A DNA stretch of 64,000 nt. Source: Perkinsus olseni (taxonomy: Eukaryota). Where the stretch lies: NCBI GenBank assembly GCA_013115125.1, contig JABANN010000104.1:1-64000 (forward strand), in the 5' to 3' direction. Made by a program: the position numbers and the translations under genes. The notes under the pieces are model-generated. The model was given only the letters and a program-made list of their open reading frames with translations, had not been told where the DNA came from and did no database searches. Shown in pieces: positions 38,919-51,100 of this stretch; position 1 is the first letter of the stretch, and each line of letters begins with the position of its first letter.

Positions 38919-40096
38919 TCAAACGGCATACCAAAACCCCTGAGCAACTGAAGCGAGCCCATCATCCTCCTCTGGTGAAGTACACCACGTGACTAAGGCA
39001 TTGTCACGAAAGAAGACTGCGGTCCCTGATAGGAAGCTTCGTGCTACTACAGCGCACAGTAGTACTACGAGACTGTTCATCATCGAACCGTGGAGAGGCG
39101 AGCTTGGCATAGAGCCATCCTCCTTGCCCTGACACGCATGTATCGGCCCCCCGTGCCTGCAGTACTACATAGACACAGCAGCAGTCGATGATGATGAAGC
39201 TGCTTGCTATCACCACCTTCATCTCATCATTCAGCCTCTTCAAGTCTAATGTGCCATTGTCCCAGAGAACTCGTACTCTTACTCTGCTCGAGTACGGCAA
39301 TGGATTGGTGGTAAGGCCCACTAGAGGTTTACGAGCTAATGCGCTATGGCGAGCATTCAATGCAGCTGAAAGGGGCGAACCTCTCCCCGGCTCCTGTCCG
39401 AACAACACTCCTACCTGTGGATGCGAGAGCTCGGATAGATGATGACTTCGAGATGAAGTTGAGCGATGTTGTTTGATTCACCCAAGCGACCGATAACATC
39501 ATCACTGACTGAAGGACGTTCAGCAACGCCTCTCAATTACTGTTCAACACAACAATGGTCGCAATGAAGTCCTAGACTTATTAGTATCGGCATGGTATGG
39601 AGTAGCGAGAGGCGCCACTCCGCTGGAACCACTCCGCTTGGAATGGCCATTGGTCTTCATACCCCTTGGGCATGCCCATACAATTCTAGTTGTCCATTCA
39701 TTACTGTTCGTATGATCAGTGCGTCTACTACTATGATGAGAGGCCCCGTGAGCCTTCTCACTACAGATCTGGTCGCAACAGTAACGACCTCATGATCACT
39801 GAGTATTACCAATACTTGATAGCTACAGCATACATCGATCAAGTGTCCTCCAGGCCCAGATCAAAACGCAGTAGCAGCCAGCATGAGAGACCTGGACTAG
39901 AGTGAGCTGCTCACCATCACAGTCTACCCTCTATCCCATAAGCGCTGTAGATCAATCCGTGATAATAGCCGTCAACCATCTTTGAAACCTTCGCTACCTC
40001 AAAGTTCCTAATTTCCAAGGTTGCACCAGAGAGTGTCCGAGTCACTAAAACAGTCGGCTTCCATATCCGCAACCCTGGACGCGCACCAACAGCCAT
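38919..40096 (-). CDS. Hypothetical protein, possibly with a mitochondrial-type leader
   Basis: Start MAVGARPGLRIWKPTVLVTRTLSG, followed by spliceable fragments ending ...GFWYAV*. Confidence 0.35.
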
Positions 40097-40135
40097 CGGG
40101 CTTGGCGGGAGGCACGATTCACCAGGTAGCGCTGA

Positions 40136-40150
40136 AAATCTCGCTCGCCC
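40136..40150. promoter_or_regulatory. Candidate promoter motif AAATCTCGCTCGCCC (copy 2) in a divergent intergenic region
   Basis: Lies between the divergent ATGs at 40096 (-) and 40212 (+). Confidence 0.4.
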
Positions 40151-40211
40151 AGATGATCGATGCCCGCTGTAGCTGGCCTCTTTTTCACCTTGTTTGAACC
40201 GTGACCTAAAG

Positions 40212-40760
40212 ATGGCGAAGGGTAATAGGGGAACAGGGGTGGTATGTACGTGGATGGCCGAATCGGGTACAGCTGTGATAGCAGAGTGGTGCTGTCGGTC
40301 GACGGCTTTAAATTGACCGCCTAGTCGCTTGGATTCGGTGGGGAGGTGGTGTTTTATTGTCGCTGTTTTTAGGAGACTCTGGCAACAAGATCATGCAGCC
40401 CTTGACTGTTGATCACACGATTCACGTCCACAAGATCGTGCACAAGCAGACCTTCAAGAAGCGCGCTCCTAAGGTCGTTCGTGCCATTAAGGCCTTCGCC
40501 CAGAAGCAGATGAAGACCGAGGATGTCCGCATCGATACCAAGCTTAACAAGTACTATCCCCGTCATCTCGTCCGTCATTGACCATTCATTGGTACCCTGT
40601 TAGGTTCATCTGGTCTAAGGGTATCCGCAACATCCCCCGCAGGGTCCGCGTCCGTCTGTCCCGTCGTCAGGCTGAGGAGGGTGAGGAGATGTACACTCTT
40701 GTGCAGTACCTTCCCGTCCAGAGCTTCGAGGGCCTCCAGACCGAGGTCGTGAGCGCTTAA
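40212..40760 (+). CDS. RPL31: 60S ribosomal protein L31 (eL31), 3 exons
   Basis: MAK|GDSG...TIHVHKIVHKQTFKKRAPKVVRAIKAFAQKQMKTEDVRIDTKLNK|FIWSKGIRNIPRRVRVRLSR, with strong codon bias. Confidence 0.97.
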
Positions 40761-41145
40761 GTTTCCTACTATCGGCAAGCGTCGTCGTTAAGATCAGCAG
40801 CAGCCAGTTTTCATTCTCATCATCACGTAGTCAACAGTCTACACCTACCTGATGCTCAGTAGGGTTACTATTGTTGCTGCAAATGTTGTTGGATGATGAA
40901 GACGAGGGACTGTCGATTAGCGTCGGTATCTGTCGCCTGTGATGACTAAAAGCTCCACCATCTATCGGTTCCGGGATTATCGTGGCCTTTTGTTTATGAG
41001 ATGACCTCTGTCACTGGTATACACCGGGGGGTGGGTTCGGGGACGGCGGTGGGGATTCGTTAAATGATGGAATGATGGTAGTCCTATAATTGCCCTCGTG
41101 ATCGGCAAGTGAAGGGCCTTGTTCCTGTTTACCACTCATATTACA

Positions 41146-41641
41146 ATGTCCGACGCTGAAGTTAACCCTAAGGCTTACCCTCTCGCCTCCGCGGATCTCA
41201 CCGCCACCATTATGGATTTAGTGCAGCAGGTAATCATCATCAGCAACTTGACATTCCTTTCTATTGACTTGTGATTGTTGTTCAGTCCTGCAACTATAAG
41301 CAGCTCCGCAAGGGTGCTAACGAGGCCACCAAGACCCTTAACCGTGGTACCGCCGAGGTCATCGTCTTGGCTGCTGATACCGAGCCTTTGGAGATCATTC
41401 TCCATCTTCCTCTGGTCTGTGAGGACAAGAACGTTCCGTAAGTTCTCAGCATACTTCTTAGCTTCGGTAATAAGGGTCGATTTTTCTCAGTTATGTGTTC
41501 GTGAAGTCCAAGACTGCTCTGGGACGTGCCTGTGGTGTGTCCCGTCCTGTGGTCGCTTGCAGCATCACCAGCAAGGAGGGCTCTCAGCTCATGACCCAGA
41601 TTCAGGACTTGAAGGATTCCATTGAGCAGATCCTCATCTAA
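41146..41641 (+). CDS. SNU13: Snu13/15.5K (L7Ae family K-turn binding protein), 3 exons
   Basis: [14 protein letters not shown]...[24 protein letters not shown]...[43 protein letters not shown]...IEQILI*. Confidence 0.97.
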
Positions 41642-41877
41642 GGATGTATGCCGAGGTTTCAGTCGTCTACTACAACTACTACAACCCAACGTTGACACTT
41701 GGCACCAAAGGCTTTGTGTTCATAGTCTGTGAGTATGATGCACTGCATTCGTGTCGTCGGCAATCATCTCTATCGGCCGAAAAAACGACAGTTATGCAGA
41801 TATGCAGATCAGTGGAAGTGCGTACCAATTCGACCGATCAATAAATACCGATCGATAAATCAACATGATCATACATG

Positions 41878-42855
41878 CTAAGATGAGGAACGAGCCCGCA
41901 TGCACCAAGGGAGTATGTGAGTTAGAACAATTGCAGCAACACACGCTACTAAACTTCTCAAGAGTATTCCTACGTCGAAATGGGAAGAGATAGCGGTTGC
42001 AACAAACATCCCCGTTACAATTATAAAGTCCAATAGAGTCACAGTGCTATAACCCATCGTCCAAAGTGGAGATTGTTCTACGATAAAACTCTTCGGCCAC
42101 GGTGAACTGATAAGGCAGGGATTGAGAAGGGGGGTTTGAGGGGAGAACCTTATAATAGCGTTTCTGTCGACAACGCCGTCAAGGGCCAGGCTGGTCACGC
42201 GTCCTGCTGGCTCTTAAATTGTACGGGGGTATACAGACAAGTCTAGGCGCTGTCCTGGCACCTACCGTCAGGAGAGAAGGGCATCGTTAGTGGCCTCGTG
42301 CAGGAAGCTGACACGTCTTCAAGCACGCCCTCGGATGCTCACATTCCCTGTCGCCAGGCCCGTCCTATTGAAGCACTTATCGAACACGTACTTGGGATCA
42401 TCACTAGCCCGCTCACGTTGTGGTATACGTATCAGTTATCAATAACCTCTATGCATCCATACAAGTAGATTTCACCCGTTGTCGTCTCAACACCGGAGCG
42501 CGAGTCGTAGCCACCCTGTTTTCAGCAGCAATTTCATCACGGAGACAATTACCCTTCACCTGCACATCTGTAGTGCAGGTCCTGACTTTCGCCGCACGTC
42601 GGGACCTGCACCGTAGATGCACATAACACGTGCATGGCAGTGTCGTCTGCACCTATACGACTGTGCAGCGGTTGCCGATCTACTTGGATCAGATTGGAAG
42701 CCAATGCACACGATACACGCTAGTGCTTAAACTCGCAGAGGCAAACCTGCTGCCCAATAGGTTGAAATAACGTGCGAGTTCAACAGGACGCCACAGCCGG
42801 CACGATCCTTCGCCCTCAGTTGTGATGAAGTTGGCAGACCCAGCCAACTACCCAT
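41878..42855 (-). CDS. Hypothetical protein with Cys-containing N-terminal part and two C-terminal TM segments
   Basis: The last exon has two hydrophobic helices (LLDFIIVTGMFVATAI, LVACVAAIVLTHILPW). Upstream exon structure unresolved. Confidence 0.3.
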
Positions 42856-43150
42856 CTTAACTAGAGGGTCGGCAAAGCACAACACAGTTTCGCGTCGATA
42901 CATGTGAATTTGCAGCCTTCAGATTGTCGACCATTAACAACCCAAGAAGCAGTGATCTTCTAGCTGAACAATGCTAACGCTTCCACTACAGCCGAATTCT
43001 CGGAGAAACTTGTGTACAAGGGCGAAGAATAGTAAGCGTGATGGGTGGCGGCGGCCGCCTAGGACGGCAGTCAATACACTAATATACGCCTAACAACAAT
43101 ATTCATCTTGTTGTAGTATGACGTGCACTCTTTTGCTTCCTCTGTGGTAA

Positions 43151-44637
43151 TCACCATCGATTGAGGTTATCCAGAATAAATGGAGCGAAGTAGGTAATAA
43201 TAACCTAACAGCGAAGGCTTCACAAAAGTCGACAAGTGCAACAGAACTCACTGTAGCCCCAGCCCTGAGTAGCGAGATATGGGCTTCTCGAACAACTGCG
43301 TTCATATCCCCCGTTGCCTGGCCGTAGTCGTAGAGCATTTTATACCTACAAGTTGTAGGCTACAACCGAGTGTAATGAGAGGAAAATAGACTGCGTGACT
43401 ACAGCCTTACTCTCCACTAACTACATAGGCCACAATGGGGATGTTACAGGATTCCTTGAACTGGCGTATGATGTCCCCGTAAAACAGGCACGGCTTGACA
43501 ATTGCCATGTCAGCACCTAGGCATGACGGATAGTCTTGCCAATAGGACACACCGAAAGCAGCGGAACCCAAGGTACTACCTTCAGCAAGATCACGCTCCA
43601 ACGATCGCATAGCAATGGACGATGAGCCAACTGGGTGCTGATAGCGCTTGCGGTCACCCTTGAAGGTCGAGTCAACAGCATCACGGAAAGGGGCATACCT
43701 AGGGGATTGATACAGTGAAAGCTCTAGAGCAGCTTGTCTCTTAGCGCTTACATGACACTGGCCTTTTTACTCGTATAAGACATGATCTGCACATGCTCAT
43801 AGCCGTGGGAATCAAGGCTATCGCGAATAGTCGCCACGCGGGAGTCCATCATATCCGATGGGCAAACAACATCCGCGCCAGCCATGGCATACTTCAATGC
43901 GATATCCGCAAGCCGACAAACCGTGCGCTTATTGTCGATACCTGTGGGAGTCTATGATGGTAAGTCTACGACTAATGTATTACATTCCTCTCCATTCACG
44001 GTCCTCAGGATACCACAGTGCCCATGCGACGTATATTCGCACATGCATACGTCTGCTAAAACACACATACTCGATAGCTCTCGGTGTGACCTGACCAGGG
44101 AACTCTAAGTAATAACCATCAATGATACTGACATTTTTACTTGATGACTTTGATACACTCAACAACTGGGCATGTATCAGCATCAGCCATACCAGCACGA
44201 GGGTCCTTATCCTCTACCACGCCAAATAACCTACACATACAATCTCGTATACCCAATAATGATCTACACAATGTGCTGATAATACTACATGACATGCCTC
44301 AAACCCTTCTTCTCCAGCTCCCTGAGCTCATCAATAAGCCCAGGGTAGCTTCCATCAGCACCTCGGCCATATTGCATATTGGGACTAAATAGAACAGCCA
44401 CTGAACGTCGGAATAATTATAACGATGACGACGACCCCATTATTACCTAAAACCTGGTATCTCCTTATCTTCAACCTTGAGTGTTACAAAAACAGGCCAT
44501 ATGAGCTGAGACGAGTGAATATGAGGTTCTAGCCATTCCCGACATGCAGGATGGAATAGTGATGCATGTAGTTTGGTGCGAGGTAAGGCGGCCACAGCAG
44601 GGGCAGTAGCAGTAGATGAGGAATTGGGGCAAGACAT
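43151..44637 (-). CDS. ALAD: Porphobilinogen synthase (delta-aminolevulinic acid dehydratase), Zn-binding type
   Basis: KLHASLFHPACREW...LIWPVFV, LADVCMCEYTSHGHCG, PSDMMDSRV, MSYTSKKAS.MYAPFRDA, DRKRYQ, GADMAIVKP, VAYVVSGEY and RAGATVIITYF. Confidence 0.95.
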
Positions 44638-44746
44638 GATATCGCAGGGACAACAAGGAATCCACAAAACTGTAAGGAATAAATTGATCGTAGAACGGCT
44701 AAGCAGAACGCGTGTTTAATAGTAGATCTCTCATGAGTTTCAAGAA

Positions 44747-44809
44747 CGCTCCCAGGATCGTATTATACACGTTAAATCCAATCCTGGGAGCGCTCCTGAT
44801 TTCCAGGAG
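44747..44809. other. Inverted repeat pair / tandem hairpins in the ALAD-snoRNA divergent region
   Basis: CGCTCCCAGGAT (44747-44758) and ATCCTGGGAGCG (44781-44792) form a perfect 12-bp inverted repeat, followed directly by CTCCTG-atttc-CAGGAG. Confidence 0.6.
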
Positions 44810-44979
44810 AGACAGTCTATTCAACACCCCCAGATTATCGTAGGCTGAGTGCGGAGCTAGAAAATAGTGATATCTTTATGCGCATCGCTCCGCCCGATCG
44901 TCGGTTTTGCACGCATGCGCATACTTAATCGATTGCACTGTAGCTTGGAATTGATGAAACCCCATTCGAAATGATGTCA

Positions 44980-45062
44980 AGTGATAATGATGATAACAAT
45001 AATTATACTTAGACATGCATCCGAAGTCTAATGTGGAAAACATACCTAACGTCTGAATTACT
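44980..45062 (+). ncRNA. Box C/D snoRNA with an 18-nt antisense element to the 5' region of 18S rRNA
   Basis: Box C ATGATGA at 44987-44993. Guide TTATACTTAGACATGCAT (45003-45020) is the exact complement of conserved 18S AUGCAUGUCUAAGUAUAA. D' CCGA 45021-45024, degenerate C' ATGTGGA, box D CTGA 45053-45056, terminal stem AGTGAT/ATTACT. Confidence 0.88.
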
Positions 45063-45092
45063 GCTTTTGCTTAGTATTATCATCTGTACTGC

Positions 45093-45191
45093 TGCTAATG
45101 ATGAGAAACGGTATCATCCTTGCCCTGACTACTACCCTAAGGGTGGGCCATTTGATGATAAAATCCTTGTCATGCATCACCATCTGAAGCA
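45093..45191 (+). ncRNA. Box C/D snoRNA, snR55/SNORD33-like 18S Um1269 guide with a second guide matching U6 snRNA
   Basis: Terminal stem TGCT/AGCA, C ATGATGA 45098-45104, D' CTGA 45125-45128, C' TTGATGA 45152-45158, D CTGA 45184-45187. D guide GTCATGCATCACCA pairs 14 bp (2 GU) with 18S UGGUGGUGCAUGGC. D' guide TCATCCTTGC pairs with U6 GCAAGGAUGA. Confidence 0.92.
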
Positions 45192-45246
45192 ATCATTGAA
45201 TTCTTTCTAACGATTTGTACGTCAAGTTGACAGGACGCTGTCTAAC

Positions 45247-45470
45247 AGGGAACGTCGGTGGAGCATCGACCTATCGGTGTTGTGCTGGTTTTAGCCTATC
45301 GAGGCCGGAACATATTAGAGCACCGATTAGATCCCTTCTCAGCTCTGCTGTAGGCATGGTTAGCAATAGTGTAAATCACTGTTTACATAGCTCAAAAGCG
45401 AGGTGAACGGATTGGTAACCGTGCCTAGTATCCCAGCAGGGCCCGGGGTGACTAAGGCAGCCCCCCTCTC
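45247..45470 (+). ncRNA. Unassigned highly structured RNA candidate
   Basis: Several long stems with G-U pairs that work only on the + strand (detailed in findings). No family recognised. Confidence 0.45.
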
Positions 45471-45954
45471 AAGCATCATGGGTATCACTCTCAATGAACT
45501 ATCGACTGAGAGTCCGTGATCTGCGGGTCAACAACCTTCGATAAATTCCCGACAACTCCAACAGTTCAACGCGACAACGCAGTGACCATGGAAAGGATGA
45601 GAAGGCACAACACGCACAACTAAAATCGTGCTTTCCTTCATCTAACAGTCGGTCAGCAGTGGTGACAAGAGCGATACTCAAGTCAAACAAGATAAACGGT
45701 CGCCGCCGTGACTACTGGTAGGAGCAATAAAGCGGGCCGGCGTTTACATACCGTCCTTGAAATACTGCATACCAACGACGTATCAAGGACACCAATGGAC
45801 TACACCAGATGGGTAGCAAGAGGAACAATGATAGATGTGTTAACAACCTGAAGCTATCATCCAGAAAACTGAAGTGTACTATTATCATCACAGAAATCGG
45901 AAAATAGAGAAACGTGAATATAAATCTGATCCAGCATATGAATGAATCTTCTTT

Positions 45955-47983
<2,029 letters not shown>

Positions 47984-48106
47984 GATGATAAATTATGATG
48001 TGATAATAACAACAATCAACGGTAGCAAGAACACTAGATTGCCACTACTGTTTAACAGAACAACGGCGGCCGTTGAGAAACGTGATATGCATGATAATAC
48101 AGTAAA

Positions 48107-51100
48107 TTACGGTGGTGAGCAGAGAGAAGGAGCCGGCACACCAGCATCCCGCAGCAGCTCGATGGCCTTCGGACCCAGCATCGCCAGCTCTTCTGATGTG
48201 AGGATAGAGGAGCCGTCGGCGGAGATCTCATCTAGCAGTTTGCCCAGACCAAGTCGTAACTCCTCAAACTCAGGTAGATTATCTGGCATGGACTGGAACT
48301 TGCTGCGTGAGCTATACATACACTTACCTGCTAGGCCTGGCTCCACTTCGAAGACATCAGCACCAGAGCTACTACTCCCGCTGCTGCTTTCGGGCATTGG
48401 AACATCACGGTCAGCGGGAGGAACCTTATTAGCCTCTCCCGGTGAGTTCTCATTATCATTATCATCGTCATTGTCATTTTCATTATCATCGTCCGCATCC
48501 TCATCGTCACTGAACCCGACGGCATCATCCTCACTATCTTCCTCTCGACGACCAGAATGATGAAGATTTCTGATCCTATCAATATCGAATCCGTCCTCAT
48601 CGTCATCGTCCTCGTCATCCTCTGCCTCCCGATCGGAGCAGCCATTCTCGTCCTCCTCCTCGTGAGCTTCCCTTCCATCATCACCTTTGATGTGCACATG
48701 TCGTCTATGATGACCGGCAATGCACTCACCCTCTTCCTCTCCACCCTCATCATCATCCTGCCCTTCCTGCCGCGTGGCGATACCGATCTCCGCGAGTCTA
48801 CTCTTAACGTCCGATGCTAGGCGTTCGTATCCATCACTGATGACCGACGAAGAATAACCAAGGATGGCGGGTGATTCTGGATCCTCACTCGTGTACTGGT
48901 AGATTGATGGCAATAATGCCGTATCTATCCGGAGCATGTTTATAGTCCTCCCATAACCTCCCCAAGAGCTCGTCCTCCTCCTCTGACCAAGGTGGGCCAG
49001 AGGATACCTCTTCTAGCACCTTACCACTAGCTGCGGCCTTCATAGTCTCGTAACTATGACATGTACCACCGTGATGACCACCATGATAATCGACACGATT
49101 CTTATGGAGGTGGCTTTATTGTAATGAACACTACGAGTGGAATCATTCATGAGGAGGTATGCGAGGAGTGTCATCGACAGGACCGTTGAAAAGCGGTTCA
49201 ATTGCGAAGTCCGGCATTACTATTATCAATTTGGTGCAGGGTTGGTCAGTTCAACGAAAACGCAGTATCACGCGGAATATGGAACGCCCGCATGGGGAAT
49301 CCGAGACGGTTATTTATTGAAGCTAACCAAATTGAGAACGGCCCGAATATGGTCCTCTTGGCTTGTTCCGACTCCTCTAGGTTGCCAACATGCAGCCTTG
49401 CTTACGCTTCGCCCTCATGCATGCGCTCGAGTATATCCTTACTATCATCATCTTGATAATCAGTTAGTATACCAGTAAACTCAGCCTCCATAGACATCAG
49501 CTGACCTCCTCTGATACACAATGATAATGGAGAAGATACCCCAAGATGAATTCCCACCTTCCTCCCCGTAACTTAGGAAAAATAGCCTCTAGATAGAGAC
49601 AGCTAGTCTTCATAGCGTTTTGGAGGAACCTCTTGGCCACCGCGAGACAAAACTCTAAGCATGAGCCATAGTATAATATCACGATAATGATGACAATACC
49701 CTACTTATCACATCGCTATGTTGTTGAGGGTTCACGTGGACTTTAGGATCCGTCAGTATTTTATGTAGTACTATTAAATGAGATAGTTGGAAAAAGAATG
49801 CTATGTTGCATGGCTAAGACAGAGAGGAAAAAGATACATCGAAGGACCGGTGTAGATAGTACTACTACCCTAAGGGTTATCATCTGTGTGAGTAGATAGA
49901 CACAGTCCCTATTGATTGATGGTCCATTGGTTAGGTACCCGTCACCTAGCATATACATCAGGTTATTAATAGTATCAGTATGTGCTAAGTCCATTAGTAT
50001 CTGATGGTGAAAACTAATCGTGATACCACTCCATTCGCATCACTTCCTTACCGCTTCCTTTGAGGTATCAGTAGCTCGTATATTATCATAGTCATCCACA
50101 CCACCACTTTCCTCTTCCTCCTCGTCGTCACTATCCATTTCCCGTCCTGCGCCATGACCTCATAACACCAACTACCAACTATCCCTACTACCATCCTCCC
50201 CTTCCATGTGCTCAACACCAGCGGACTTCTTGGATTTCCCTCGTCTTCCTTTCCGTCCCCCTTTTCGTCGACGCCTCCGCTTCCCCGCGGCAAACTTATA
50301 TTTCTTATCTGTCTGCCGTACCACCTTATCCATAGCTTTGAGTAGTTCAGCCAGGCATTGGACACCTACGGTTCGAGCAGTGGTGTGCGGGATATCGAGA
50401 CCCATCACTACTGAGTGTGAGGACTCTAGGATCAGCTACAGTACTCTTAAAGCCAGTTTTGCATAGCCATACCAACTGGGTCTGTACGTCCTCATACAAC
50501 ACATTGCTCAATAACATATCAGCAACATGGGCAGTCTCCTTGTCAGGTGAGCGCAGACATGTACGTATCTGTTCACAGGAAGGTAACCATCATCACAATA
50601 ACCGCTTGTCCCCATACTAACCATTCTTATCTGCTCCAATAGTGCTCTCAATACCACAACATTCCTAGCGCCTCCCTTCTTCAAGCTCTTAGCCTCCTTA
50701 GAATGCACCCTCAGTTGCCTAGCTACTAACTCTGTAGCTTCAACATTCAGGGCAGGCTCCACGGAGGTGATGTCGATGACCATCTAACAACATGCGCCCC
50801 TTCATCACAATAGCTAGGACTGAGCACACCTCGGTCAGCTCCACTGGCGGTGGTAAGGGTGTTCCTGCTTGATTGGCTCTCGCCACAGCAGCCGCCCTAT
50901 CACGGTTGATGGCTGCTACATGGTACTCATGACTCTGCCTTTGAAAATCAAGGGCCCATGCTATGAAGTTGAGAGCCCTCACCTACTCCGAGGACATGGC
51001 GACTTAAGGTGGTCGTAGGCCCTGGCATTACCACATCATATTCCTGCTCTACCTCACTATCAGTGATCGCCTTGATCACAGCAGCCGTGATACCGGCAAA

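Noticed and set aside
40222-40372. Longer-than-usual first intron of RPL31 as a snoRNA host
   Set aside because: No C/D box pair or H/ACA structure could be identified.
40890-41140. Several C-box-like RTGATGA motifs upstream of SNU13 (possible snoRNA or autoregulatory K-turn)
   Set aside because: No suitably placed CTGA box, terminal stem or convincing guide. GAT repeats are common in this sequence.
45247-45330. GGGAACGTCGGTGGAGCA ... ACCGATTA resembling RNase P CR-I and CR-V
   Set aside because: The two elements are only about 60 nt apart and each is used in a local hairpin. No proper CR-IV/CR-V or P1-P3 framework was found. MRP, SRP, U3 and telomerase template motifs were also not found.
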